NCBI GenBank assembly: GCA_027923505.1
Contig: BROI01000006.1
Location: 1,178,001 to 1,237,716, forward strand
Reading direction: 5' to 3'
Origin: Mayamaea pseudoterrestris
Taxonomy: Eukaryota
DNA: 59,716 nucleotides
Below are positions 20,183 through 31,565 of the stretch, piece after piece. Within the stretch, counting starts at the first letter, position 1; each line of letters begins with the position of its first letter. Position numbers and translations under genes: made by a program. The notes below the pieces were generated by a model. The model saw nothing but the letters and a program-made list of their open reading frames with translations, was not told the DNA's origin and ran no database searches.

Positions 20183-21561
20183 GCTTGATGTCGTTGCAGT
20201 GAGTTGTCAAACTATTGAAAGAACAATTATCAAATTGCTGATTGTCTGTCGTGAAACATGAGCAGGGAGCGAACCGTCGCAAGGACTGAGTGAGTATGCA
20301 AGTCTTGGACTGATTCAACAAACAAGCGACGAAATTCAATTGCAGTAGACAAGGTAGGCGATGAAGTCAGGGAGGCAAAGGTCGTCGATGGTGATGCATG
20401 AGCAAGACCCATGACCAGGGGCGGCAGTCACGAGGGTCATTGTGGCGGTCACGAATTTTGGCACGAGCAATTCATGACGTGGCGCGAACATTGCCGATGA
20501 CCCGAAAATGTCCACGGCACCCCGCGAGAGACGGAAGATAGGAGGAAAAAGACAATGCATGAATGCTTGAAGCTGGTAATACACATGATGAACAGCACGC
20601 GAGTCCTGGAGATGACTTCACTGAGATAGGCCGGAGTAAATTGACCCCGAAACGACCGAGATAGGCATGAAAAGAACGTCGCGCCATGCACCGACTGCAC
20701 CGATCGACGGGAAGTGCAAGAACCATTGAAATGAAACGAGATTATCGACCATTAAAACAATAACATGGTGCACTTTCCAATAGTTAATGAGACTAGGCGT
20801 GTCTCGCGAAGCTCATGAACTTTCGCTCGCTTGTTGTCCGTCGCGATGGACGATGCACGCATGAACGCAACAAGCACTACCTCGCGCGCCAAGCTCCATT
20901 GCAAAACATGATACACAATGAACTCACCCTGGGTTTCAATGACTTTGCTTCCTTCCGGTTCGTCTCTCTCTATACAGAGATTGTTTCGTCGATTGACGAG
21001 CGGCGAATAAAAAATGAAGCAGAAACTGTGAGGCGAGGTGCGCGAAGAGCGGAAGGTCGCGAACCGAACGTACGGAGAATCCAAACGTTAGCATAAGATA
21101 TTACTATAGCCTCGTGTCGATGGGCATGGTTAATGCGGACATTTTATGATCAGGCAATAGTCAAATCTGCATTCCACGTTCGGCGTTCTTCGCATGACGC
21201 GCGTTCCACGAAGCAACGTGCGTTAGCTAAAACGAATCTCACGGGAGGGTAGCATAGAAAGCCATGCCAGGGTCGATCTTTGCGGACAAAGGCAGCTGCA
21301 AACGTGCTGTCAATTGTCAGATACAGAGGCTTTGATAAAGTCCAAAGCTTATACAGCAATTCCCTTTTGCCGTCGCCTTTTTACTGTTCGATACTCGGTA
21401 GATAGGAGCCACTCTGAGCAGATGCCCATATCCATGCATTTGCACGCACTAAAACGAAACAAACTGCATCCACTTTGAGCAAACTTTATTCAGTCTCTGT
21501 TAAAAGGCCTGCTAGTATTAACGCAACTAATGCGAGATCGTTTATAGGCAGCGATTGTGTT

Positions 21562-23016
21562 TTACTCCTTCTTCTTGATTCCCTTTTCGCCCTTGCTCAA
21601 CTCGGGCGGCCCACGCACAAACGGCAAAAAGTCCTTGCCTCCCATGAACGGACGCAACACTTCCGGAACAATGACTCCATCTTCCGTTTGATGCGTCTCC
21701 AAAATGCAGCAAATACCTCGTCCCGTCGCACAAAGCGTCGCATTGAGCATGTGCACGTAGGACGCCCTCGCCGTCAAGTCACCCTTGACCATACTCGCCT
21801 TGCTGCCACACCGCACTCCCACCCCGCGCGACTGAAAGTCCGTGCAGTTGCTGCAGGAAACCAACTCGCGGTAGGTATTTTGCCCCGGAAACCATCCCTC
21901 CAAGTCATACTTTTTCACCGCCGCATCGTTCAACTCCCCCGACACTAAACAAACAACACGATAACCAATACCAAGACTCTCATAAAAATCTTGCGCGCAC
22001 TGCAGCATGCGCTTTTGCTCCGCCTGCGACTGCTCAAAGTCATCCGGCGTAATGCAAAACTGCTCAATCTTGTCAAACTGATGCACCCGAAAAATGCCTC
22101 GTATATCCTTACCGCTGCTCCCCGCCTCCTTGCGAAAGCAGGTACTCACGCCCGCGTACCTGAGCGGCAGCTGACTTGGCTCCAACCACTCGTTGCGGTG
22201 GTAGGCGCAAATGGGCTGCTCGCTCGTGGCAATCAAGTACTTTTCCGACGATCCGTCGAAATCGTCCGTTTTACCCGAAACCTTGTAGAGTTGCTCGTCA
22301 AAGTCTTCGAGTTGCGCAATGCTCGCCATGACATCTTTATTCATAAAGTATGGTGGCTGCAATACTTGGTAGTTGCGCTCACCCAGAAACGAAATGGCGT
22401 AGTTGATAATGGCTTGGTTCAGCAACACGCCGGCATTGGTCAAAAAGTAGCCACGGTGTCCCGCCACGGCGGACCCGCGCGTCGGCTCGTAGCCGCCAAT
22501 GCGCCACAGTAACTCGTCGTGCGTGAGTGGTTTGGATGATGGGAGAGTGTAACTGAGTGCGCCGGCTCGGCGTGGAAGCAAGGATTCGTTTTCGGCAGCT
22601 TCCGGCGGCGACGGAAACAAGCGAATCACCAAATTGTCTTCCTCTTCGTTTTGACTAATTGGCACTTCCGGATCCACCTTGTTGCCAATCCGGTGCAGCA
22701 GCGCGTCGCGCTTGGCTTCCAGCACCGGCAGCTCCAGCTCCTTGCTCTTGATTTCATTCTGCAGTTGCTTGAATTCTTGCACTTGCGCATCACAATTCTC
22801 CTTGGCCTTTTTCATGGGCGCAATGACATTCTTTTGCAATTGGTTCATTTGCTTGCGCAAGTCGTCAATGGTTTGCCGCAGCGTGCGCCAGTCAGCATCG
22901 AGCTGCAAGACTTCGTCGACTAAATTGGGGTCTTTGAAGCGCTGCTCCATGAACTTTTTATAGGCGAGCGGGTCGCCGCCCTTGTAGTCGCGGAGTTCGT
23001 TAATGTCTATTGGCAT
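21562..23016 (-). CDS. SARS: Cytosolic seryl-tRNA synthetase
   Basis: MPIDINELR start, coiled-coil arm, YLIATSEQP, CFRKEAGS..GIFRVHQF.KIEQF, ELVSCSNCTDFQSR and HMLNATLCAT.R. Confidence 0.96.
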   Translation of the reverse strand: MPIDINELRDYKGGDPLAYKKFMEQRFKDPNLVDEVLQLDADWRTLRQTIDDLRKQMNQLQKNVIAPMKKAKENCDAQVQEFKQLQNEIKSKELELPVLEAKRDALLHRIGNKVDPEVPISQNEEEDNLVIRLFPSPPEAAENESLLPRRAGALSYTLPSSKPLTHDELLWRIGGYEPTRGSAVAGHRGYFLTNAGVLLNQAIINYAISFLGERNYQVLQPPYFMNKDVMASIAQLEDFDEQLYKVSGKTDDFDGSSEKYLIATSEQPICAYHRNEWLEPSQLPLRYAGVSTCFRKEAGSSGKDIRGIFRVHQFDKIEQFCITPDDFEQSQAEQKRMLQCAQDFYESLGIGYRVVCLVSGELNDAAVKKYDLEGWFPGQNTYRELVSCSNCTDFQSRGVGVRCGSKASMVKGDLTARASYVHMLNATLCATGRGICCILETHQTEDGVIVPEVLRPFMGGKDFLPFVRGPPELSKGEKGIKKKE

Positions 23017-23404
23017 TGTTATTAATGTTGTTGGCAAATATATATGAATGGAAGAGATGGAAACGATGGATCAATTCGCTCGAGTGGCCGATGAAGAATT
23101 GCCTCGCTCCATTTTGGTGGCGCGGTTGACTGACAGCCGCAGATTTTGGATCGGGCGACGGAAGGACGACAAAAGTAACCGCTACGACGCTTTTCAATAT
23201 CGTCAAAAAATGCGTTAACCGGTACGACATTGGGACACAGTCTGCACCACCGCACCATGGAGAAGCAAGACGCGCTGCTTGCACTTTCTCGTCTACCTCC
23301 TACCGTATACCTTTTCCTCTCTGTTCACAAATTCACCACTACTTCTACCAGCTAATAGGTTCTTTCTTCTTAATTTCTCATTCTATCAATATCATATATA
23401 AATA

Positions 23405-24519
23405 ATGGCATCACTCGCTTGGAACATTGAGCACCGCAACCAGGAGGCCACCGTCTACGTGGGCAACTTGGACGATCAAGTCAACGAGGAGCTGCTGCAG
23501 GAGCTCTTTGGTCAAGTCGGCTTGGTGAGAAGTGTCTACATGCCAAAAGACAAGCTGACGCTGCAGCATTCCGGATACGCCTTTTGCGAATTTTTGAATC
23601 CAATCGATGTCGACTACAGTATCACAATATTGAACAACATGGTCAAGCTCTACGGCAAGCCACTGCGCGTGAGCAAGAGCAGCTTGGACAATCTTACACG
23701 CAGCAGTCGAGACATTGGCGCCAACTTGTTCGTCGGCAACTTGGATCCAGCCGTGGCGACGGAGCAGCTGCTCTACGACGTGTTTTCCACCTTTGGCAAT
23801 TTGCTGCAACCGCCGACGCTGGCGCGCCACGAGGAAACCAACGACATCAAGGGATTCTGCTTTGTCTCGTACGACTCGTTTGCGGCTGCCGACGCGGCCA
23901 TTGAATACATGCACCAGCAATATCTAGGTGATCGCTTGATCGTGGTGCAGTACGCCTATAAAAAGGATGTTGACGGCAAAATGACGCGCGAGCGTCACGG
24001 AAGTCGCGCCGAGCGCATGATGGCCGAGGCATTGGCGATGCAACAGCAGCAGCAGGGAGTGCAGTTTGCACCAAACACGAGGTTTGCGCAGGCGGCGCAT
24101 GTAACTGCTGGATTTGGTGGAGCAGCAGCTGGTTTGCATCAAGGTTTGCCGCCACCGCCGCCGCCGCCACCAATGAACATGATGAACATGGCCCACATGG
24201 GGTCCATGCCACCACCGCCTCCTCCACCTCCGCCGCCAATGATGCACATGATGACTGGTAAGAGAATGATACGGATGTTGTGATTGTATTCGTACTTGCA
24301 TAAACTAACCAATTGCTGTTGCTGCTTGGCTCTCCGTAAACAGGATCCATTCCGCCACCTCCTCCGCCGCCCCTCATGGGAATGCCGCCTCCGCCTCCTC
24401 CTTCAATGATGAACGTGCCGCCACCTCCGCCGCCTCCGCCAATGATGAACATGCCTCCGCCTCCGCCGCCTCCAATGATGAACGTGCCTCCTCCACCGCC
24501 TCCGCCGCCGCAACATTAA
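23405..24519 (+). CDS. SF3B4: Splicing factor 3B subunit 4 (SAP49); exons 23405-24257 and 24344-24519
   Basis: RNQEATVYVGNLD, two RRMs, GANLFVGNLDP, YAYKKD..ERHGSRAERM and a Pro/Met-rich tail. Intron GTAAG..CAG (24258-24343) has a CTAAC branch site. Confidence 0.92.
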
Positions 24520-24811
24520 AACATAGTGGGCAAAGCAGTCGGCGCTCATGAGACGGGTCAATGTATTGATTAAATCAATGCAAGCTGATGGTTTGGGTGG
24601 TTTATGTTTGGGTACAATGATGTCTCCGACGCAGAGGCCAGTTCCGCGAACGGGAATGAATGATGCATGGACGAAGAAGCTTTACTTGTACCAACGCCTT
24701 GAGTAAATGTGTACGTATAACCTGACTACATCCGATTATTAGCGTCTCATTACTTAAGTATTGATGTCATACTCATGACACTTACAGCAAAGGTCTCCGC
24801 ACCATTTACTT

Positions 24812-26179
24812 CTACTTTTGCTCAACAGCTGCTGCAGCCATTTCCGCAAAGTAGCTTTCCATCTTGTCCATGGCCGTCTCCAGCTCGTCGTGGCTCGTGG
24901 CGTAACTAATGCGCACCGTTCCCGGCGCGCCAAAGCTGGACCCCGGCACCAGCGCCAGTTGCTTTTTGTGGAGCAAGTCCAAGCACACTTGGGTGTCGTC
25001 GCCGTAGGCCGCAACGTTTGGCAAGACGTAAAAGGCTCCCATGGGCGCCACTGCCACGTGGACGTTTGGCATGTTTGCTAGTCGCTGCAGCACATAGTCG
25101 CGCTTTCTCTTCATTGTCTGAATGTTCTTCGCGTACCACGATTCATTCACTTGCGTCAAGGCCGCCACACCACCCGCCTGCGACAAGCTATTGGCGCACG
25201 AAGTTGTTTGCGACTGAATCTTGCTCGCCGCCGCCGCCAGTTTCGCCGGCGCCGCCAAGTAGCCGAGCCGCAGTCCCGTCATGGCGTGCGACTTGGAGAA
25301 ACCGTTGACGGTCATGGTGCGGTGAAACATAAACGGCAGACTGGCAAAGGAGACGCAGTGTATGTCGTCGTAGACGAGTCGCTCGTAGATTTCGTCCGAT
25401 AAGACGAAAACGTCTGGGTAATCCAATAGTACTTGCGACAGCTCCATCAAGTGTTGCTGCAAGTACACGCCGCCCGTCGGATTGGATGGGTTGCATAGAA
25501 TCAAGAGTTTGGTGTTTGGATGCGACTCGAGCGCTCTCCTTAACTCTTCCGGCGTCATTAAGTAACCACTCTCCGCCTTGGTCGCCACAATCACTGGATT
25601 CGCGCCGCACAGCTTGACCATGTCGGGGTAGGGCCAGTGCGGGGCCGGCACGAGCACCTCGTCGCCCGCCCCAACCACGGCCAAGATGCCTTCGTACACG
25701 GACTGCTTGGCGCCGTTTCCCACGACAATCTCCGTCAGTGCGTCATATGCGAGTCCTTTGCGTTTGTGTAAATCACGAGCAATCGCTTGTCGCAGCTCCA
25801 AACTCCCCGTCACGGCCGTGTAGCGCGTTTTACCGGATTGGGCGGCATTAACAATGGCTTGAAGGACGCACTGCGGCGGATCGTAGTCGGGTTCGCCCAC
25901 GCACAGTGACGTGATTTGCGCGCCGTCCGCCTCCATTTGTTTCACGAGCGAAAAGATTTCCACCGTCTTGCTCGGTTGAATGAGTGACAGTAAGGGATTC
26001 AACTGTGATGCTGTCGTGTTGCTGGCGAGTGATGACGACGACTGCACCTCCTCCGTTGAAGCGCATAACGCCGTCTGTCGCAGTAACCGACCATTGGAGG
26101 AAGGATGTAGTACAAATGCTCTTGCATAAAACAGGCAGGTCAACGAAAGGACTATTAGTGACAATGAACAAGGCGTCAT
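24812..26179 (-). CDS. Plastid-targeted class Ib aspartate/prephenate aminotransferase
   Basis: Bipartite presequence (signal peptide ending ARA-F), PSKT N-terminal motif, GEPD, CNPSNPTG, SDEIY and PLP-lysine motif GFSKSHAMTGLRLGY. Confidence 0.88.
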   Translation of the reverse strand: MTPCSLSLIVLSLTCLFYARAFVLHPSSNGRLLRQTALCASTEEVQSSSSLASNTTASQLNPLLSLIQPSKTVEIFSLVKQMEADGAQITSLCVGEPDYDPPQCVLQAIVNAAQSGKTRYTAVTGSLELRQAIARDLHKRKGLAYDALTEIVVGNGAKQSVYEGILAVVGAGDEVLVPAPHWPYPDMVKLCGANPVIVATKAESGYLMTPEELRRALESHPNTKLLILCNPSNPTGGVYLQQHLMELSQVLLDYPDVFVLSDEIYERLVYDDIHCVSFASLPFMFHRTMTVNGFSKSHAMTGLRLGYLAAPAKLAAAASKIQSQTTSCANSLSQAGGVAALTQVNESWYAKNIQTMKRKRDYVLQRLANMPNVHVAVAPMGAFYVLPNVAAYGDDTQVCLDLLHKKQLALVPGSSFGAPGTVRISYATSHDELETAMDKMESYFAEMAAAAVEQK

Positions 26180-26528
26180 GGTGATGGATGGTTCGTCGTT
26201 GGCGGAGAGAATGAGCGGGCTTGGATCAAGGTGAGGCGCTGAGTCACGGTGCGACATTTTGACGAGCGGGCGAGCGTCTTATTTGCAACGCCATGGCGGT
26301 AGCCCGCTCGTCATGGAGGTTCGTACCACAAAAGGTTCGTTCGTTGCGTTTCCTCCCACTGCATGCAGCGTCTATCACATACAGGCAGACTCGTTTACTA
26401 TATTTAATATCGTTTGATCTTGGTGGAATTATTGCTTGATACTGTTTCCGCATACGCACCTCTCTCATCATCCTTGGGACTATAGAATAAACTGAAAGCG
26501 CCCGTCCTCACTCTCGCGACAAAAACAA

Positions 26529-27218
26529 ATGTCGTTGACAACTACCAATCATTTTGACGACGACGTGATTCCAGAGTTTGTCGCCGTTTCAGTGACGGAG
26601 TTACGGAACGTTTCGATCACGGAGTTTGAAGGCTACTGCTACAACGACAGCGCTCCTCGACTTCCTCATCGACGGTCGTCGGCCACGACGACAGCAACCA
26701 ACCAAGAAGGAAAGATGATGACGCATCTTGACGAAGCATTGCAGCAGCAACCATACTTGTTCTTGGAGAATACTTACTGCAAGAATGATTTAGCGCCACT
26801 GAAACCAATGCGAGTCAAATCAACGGACACTACTACATGGCGCGGCGTAAAACATGACCGAGACCTCAAGCGACACCAAGAAAATCACCACGAGTCTGCG
26901 TCACTGTCCATGCAGGTGCTCCTGTCGTCCAAGCCGTTTCTGCTGGATCATCCGGTGCAGAGTGTCTACCACTTTAATCATCATGGACCTACCGATAATG
27001 ACAAACGAAACGATGAAGGAAAGATGAAAAATGACAATTCATCCTCCGTACCGATGATTGACAAGACCAAGACCAAGACTACACCAGCATTAGCGTCTCG
27101 CCCAAAACAACTACTACTTCAATCCATATCTTCGCGCAAGGCGCCGGTGACTGCCAGTCTCACGTCCTCGTCGACCTCGTCGTCAACCATAAATGCCGTC
27201 TTGGCGCCGTGCGCGTGA
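26529..27218 (+). CDS. Hypothetical disordered protein with two P-x-x-P-x-R-x-x-S motifs
   Basis: 229-aa ATG ORF divergent from the aminotransferase. Contains YCYNDSAPRLPHRRSS and YCKNDLAPLKPMRVKS. Confidence 0.5.
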   Translation: MSLTTTNHFDDDVIPEFVAVSVTELRNVSITEFEGYCYNDSAPRLPHRRSSATTTATNQEGKMMTHLDEALQQQPYLFLENTYCKNDLAPLKPMRVKSTDTTTWRGVKHDRDLKRHQENHHESASLSMQVLLSSKPFLLDHPVQSVYHFNHHGPTDNDKRNDEGKMKNDNSSSVPMIDKTKTKTTPALASRPKQLLLQSISSRKAPVTASLTSSSTSSSTINAVLAPCA

Positions 27219-27526
27219 GCCTATATCAGATAAATCATCTTTTCGCGAAAGACATATATTGACATTGAATGCTGACTCACTTCTTATGGTAACGATCCTT
27301 TCGCTCGCTGCCGTTTGGAATTGACACCAAAGAAAAGAAGATTGCTTGATTAATGGGAGGGTGTATGACAGCAATCAAGGCATTCTAGTAATAAATGTCA
27401 TGCAAGTGATGCACCTAAACTAAACTATAAACAAAATGTCCAAGATTGTATAAACGTTAACATCGAACCATTCACAGTTCGGTTTGTTCGTTCCTTGTCG
27501 CTTGTTGCTGCTTGCCATACGACTTT

Positions 27527-29158
27527 TCAACTCGTCTGCGACCGCACGATCCACGCAATGGCGCATCCTCCAAAGTACGCAAACGTCAACAAGGCCTTCA
27601 TCCACAGACTTTGCAATCCATCCTCCATGGTCCGCCACGGCTCACGATCATCCTTTTCGTCCTTGTGCCGCTGCATCCACGGATTGAACAGAAACAGCAG
27701 CAGCGGCACCATGACGTAGGAATTCAGCAACGTGCTCACGCACGTTCCCACCAAGGTTTGCAAATGCTGCTCCGTCAAACCCCAAAACTCGTAGTAGTAC
27801 GGCATGAAGGACCGCGTCCAGCGAATCGTACAAAACAGCGCCAGCGTCGTGAGCCACCACACCTTCCACTTTTTGGGCGGCATGGTTGGCGCGCACTCGC
27901 CCTGCGCAATCACCAAATCCGTGAAAGCATCCGGAAGGACTCGATCGCGCTGAATCTGCACCACGTCGGGCCGGACCAGCAAGGGACTGAGCTCCTTCAT
28001 GAGCGCCTTGCGGCGCGGCGACAGCAGCCACTCGTTCAAGTAGCTTATGTTGGCAAAGGTGCAGTAGACGACGTGGAGAAAGGACGTGTCGATTGGATCG
28101 TGAATGGTAACACCGGCTTGCTCCACATCCAACTGTTGATTGCCATTGTCATCATTGACAGCAGACACTGCAACGACTTGCTCATTTTCATTCGCACTTG
28201 CCGCCGCCGTAGTCATGTCGTGGCACGTAATTTCAATGAATCCCCGCTGCTGTTTCACGGCGCGCGTAATTTTGAGCTTCCACCGCTCGTACTGCGGCAA
28301 TTTATGGGGATCGACGCGATGCTCGATGCGCAGCAAGACGTTGCAATCCTCCGACTCGCAGTGCAGCAAGTCGGCTTCCGTCTCGCTGTCTTCTTGCTCG
28401 TACTCGTACTCGGCGCGCGCCACGTCGGGTGGTAGTTGGGAAGTTTGCCAAACATGGTCCTGCGGTTGCAGCGGTTCGTCGTCTTTGTCAGCAGTAGCAG
28501 CAGCATCTGAATTCGTCGACGACGCCGTCGTGTTGCTCCGGCTTGACACATTCTTACTCCGCTTGCCGCGCACATGCGTGCTCGTCACGTTCAATCGTCC
28601 CTGGTTCACGTCAAACATGCTGAAGCCATCCTCCAGCTTCCACACGATCATCGCGAGCAGCTGCACCAAGACGTTGCGTTCACTAAACTTGTACATCCAC
28701 TTGGCTCGTCCCGCCTTGAGCCACGCGCCCAATCCGTACTCACGACCCTTGCATTCAAACGTACACAATGCCACCACCAAATCGAGCGTCGCATACACCA
28801 TGACGAAGACAATCATGGCCAGCTGCACAAACAGTGCCGCGTTTGGCGCCAACCAGCCACGCAACCGCAACGCTTGACTCAGACGCGCCTCGGAGCCTAG
28901 CCAGCTCGCCAAATAGACGCAAATCCACACGAGCAGCCAGAGCTTGTACTTTGCGGGGGGCAACACGCGGACTTGGGGTAGCGCCACGTAGTCGACGAAT
29001 GTAGCGGGTTGGTGAGTGTTACTGTTATTATTGGCTGTGTCAGTGGCGGCTGTCTCCTTGTCTCGCTTATTGTCATGAGTGGAAAAGGTTTCCTGCTGCT
29101 GCGCGACGAGAGGATGAATGGCGGCTGGCGGCGATTGCTCTAGTAGCTCGTTGGACAT
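27527..29158 (-). CDS. Membrane protein with an ABM-like (dimeric alpha/beta barrel) domain between two PP-x-K-[YW]-K membrane modules
   Basis: IEHRVDP..YERW...GFI...F..L.EWL.SP.R followed by PPKKWKVWWLT..Y.MVPLL resembles the bacterial ABM-membrane (COG3224-like) architecture. An N-terminal copy reads PPAKYKLWLLVW. Confidence 0.65.
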   Translation of the reverse strand: MSNELLEQSPPAAIHPLVAQQQETFSTHDNKRDKETAATDTANNNSNTHQPATFVDYVALPQVRVLPPAKYKLWLLVWICVYLASWLGSEARLSQALRLRGWLAPNAALFVQLAMIVFVMVYATLDLVVALCTFECKGREYGLGAWLKAGRAKWMYKFSERNVLVQLLAMIVWKLEDGFSMFDVNQGRLNVTSTHVRGKRSKNVSSRSNTTASSTNSDAAATADKDDEPLQPQDHVWQTSQLPPDVARAEYEYEQEDSETEADLLHCESEDCNVLLRIEHRVDPHKLPQYERWKLKITRAVKQQRGFIEITCHDMTTAAASANENEQVVAVSAVNDDNGNQQLDVEQAGVTIHDPIDTSFLHVVYCTFANISYLNEWLLSPRRKALMKELSPLLVRPDVVQIQRDRVLPDAFTDLVIAQGECAPTMPPKKWKVWWLTTLALFCTIRWTRSFMPYYYEFWGLTEQHLQTLVGTCVSTLLNSYVMVPLLLFLFNPWMQRHKDEKDDREPWRTMEDGLQSLWMKALLTFAYFGGCAIAWIVRSQTS

Positions 29159-29977
29159 GGCGTCGTCGTCAAGTATATATTACTTGCTTCTCCTTCTCCT
29201 TCTTTCGATAGTAGATCGAGTCAATATCGTCTCGGCTGCTTCATTTACATTGTGATAAGGGCGGGTGTTTTTCATGTGCGGATCATGGATCAACATGGAA
29301 GTTCGTTCCGCCGCTCCGAATGAGTCATAACCGCTGCGATACCCAGCTAGGGAGTCCAAGCTTTTAGGGAGTGCGAGGTTTTACCTCACTACTGGTAGTA
29401 TGTACTTGTAGTCCTACATCTTGTAGCGCAGCCTGAATAATAATGTTGGCACCGTTCTGGTGTAATTTGGGCATATACATGGCTCCAGGTATGGGCATTT
29501 GAAATTCACTGCTGGCTGAGACTGGTGACAAGTTATCACCAATCCCATTGCATTCTACCAAGGGGCCAGACTGGCAATTCATCTTGTGGCGCACCCTAAA
29601 TTCTTGCAACATTCTGGTGTCAATGGGTTGGCTCTGAGAGTGAAGTGTTGATATATCACGGTTGCTGCTGGCTGGTTTAAATAACCTTAGCGCAAAGGTT
29701 GCTTACATACACTTGCATCATTGAAGAGATTCATCATTTTTAGCGCATCTACATCTACAATCAATACATTCCATACATACTTTTATCCAAAGAGTAGTCT
29801 ATTCAAACAACCACATCCGTAAACCGAGCCCCCTAGACGAAATCACTTCGTTACCCGACATTATCAGCACTCACGAGGACGGTAACAGCATGTTGTACTA
29901 TGTAGCCTCGATACCATATGCATAGGGTGTATATGTAACATGCACATTATCTACAAACAATACTCCATTCGCACTGC

Positions 29978-31297
29978 CTACTGCAGCACCATGTGCGTAT
30001 CCTTCCAATACTTTTCCTGCTCTCGCTCCTTGATTAAAACTTCCGGTGGCTTTCGATTCTGCCCGTTCACTCCCATGGCCAATATCAAGGCTCCAATCAA
30101 ACCAAAGTATCCAGTCGTCAACGCCACACGCTGCGTTCCCGTAATCTTGTAGTAATTAGGCGGCATGTGCGCTGGATTGTAAAAGCGCTGAAAGGTTTCG
30201 TACCCACCGGCAATCATGATCAAGTAAAAGAGCGGATTCACAATCGGCAGCGTATACGCCAGTGACCCGCCAATACCCAAGCCAGCGACTCCCGCATACT
30301 TGCTCAACGCACAAGCGATACGTCCTCCATCCATACTACCCAGAGGCATCATGTTGAACAAGTTGATCATGAAACCAAAGTCGGCCAGTGCGTACAGCAG
30401 CTGCGAGTCCGTGTTCGCCGCCACCACAGCCACTCCCAACGCTCCAGCGCTTCCCAGCGCCGGTCCGCCAAAGGCCACGAGGGCATCCTCCCACGCGTCG
30501 CGCGGCTGCTTTCGCATGGCAATCACGGCCCCCATGAACGGCACAAAGACCATGGGACTGAACGGAATGTTGCGACGCAGCATGACCAAGGCGTGGCCCG
30601 TTTCATGCACCAGTATCAATCCCACCATGCCGGTGGCGTACGGCACGCCGAAAAACATGCTGTAGGTGCCAATCGTGACGACCATGCTTCCCAGTGACGC
30701 AAGCTTGGTGACTTTGAGTGCGGCCAATAAATACTTTGTCTTGCCAAGCAGCAACGAGGCGGCTCCGAGTACACTAACTCCCTGCGCGAGTCGAGTGTTG
30801 CGCGTCGGAGGAGGAAGGGGAGGCCGGGAGGAGCTGGCAAAGGAGCGGCGCTCTTGCGTGACGGCGAGTGGTGCGAGTGGTATGTTGCTGTATTTGCTGC
30901 TGCTATTTCCAAACGAAGAGCTTGGCGATGCATGCGACAGCGGGGAGAATCGACCTTGACCATGGAGCACGACGGATCCTTTCATTGTCGTACTGCAGCA
31001 GCTTCTCCATGATGAATTGTTCCGGAGCAAGTGGGCGAATGGACGTTGCTGCTGTGAACAAGGGTTTGCTGATGGTAGTCGAAGAACCTGCAATGGAAGC
31101 TTGTTGGAACGAATCATGAATTGACTACCAGCAGCTGCATGAGAATTCAATGATCCGCCGCGCAGCAATGGACGAGTCAGCATTACTTGATTGGTACTAA
31201 TCAAGAGCAAACAAATAAAAGGTACGGTAGATACTAGCAGTTTGGGTTTGTCGACGAGCGGCAAAGAACGAATCGATGCCATGGTCGACGTCGTCAC
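29978..31297 (-). CDS. M50 family (site-2 protease-like) intramembrane zinc metallopeptidase, probably organellar; start uncertain
   Basis: HETGH zinc motif, VAFGGP and NLFNMMPLGSMDGGRI. Long Ser/Arg-rich N-terminal extension. Confidence 0.85.
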   Translation of the reverse strand: MTTSTMASIRSLPLVDKPKLLVSTVPFICLLLISTNQVMLTRPLLRGGSLNSHAAAGSQFMIRSNKLPLQVLRLPSANPCSQQQRPFAHLLRNNSSWRSCCSTTMKGSVVLHGQGRFSPLSHASPSSSFGNSSSKYSNIPLAPLAVTQERRSFASSSRPPLPPPTRNTRLAQGVSVLGAASLLLGKTKYLLAALKVTKLASLGSMVVTIGTYSMFFGVPYATGMVGLILVHETGHALVMLRRNIPFSPMVFVPFMGAVIAMRKQPRDAWEDALVAFGGPALGSAGALGVAVVAANTDSQLLYALADFGFMINLFNMMPLGSMDGGRIACALSKYAGVAGLGIGGSLAYTLPIVNPLFYLIMIAGGYETFQRFYNPAHMPPNYYKITGTQRVALTTGYFGLIGALILAMGVNGQNRKPPEVLIKEREQEKYWKDTHMVLQ

Positions 31298-31565
31298 GAG
31301 TCATCGCAGTCACGTCGATGGTCATCACTATGGCTCGGAAAGTACAACTTACGTTGACTGTGGGTTTGATTTTCAACGTACGTTGACTGTAACTCAAAGA
31401 TTTGCCAAAAACTGTGAAAGTAGTTGTTGGCACTGTGGCTCAAACAGTGGTGAAAGTCGCAAATCGGACCGGTTTTAAAGCGAGCGGTGTGACGATGGGC
31501 ATCCGCAGCTGCTTCATAAACAATTCCAATTCATCTACTCTATACGAAAAATCTACACAATTAGC

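Noticed and set aside
20200..21540. Short ORFs in the long region upstream of the LRR gene
   Set aside because: No motifs or consistent coding signal. Treated as intergenic or regulatory.
24140..24510. CCG/CCT-rich repeats
   Set aside because: They encode the normal poly-Pro tail of SF3B4.
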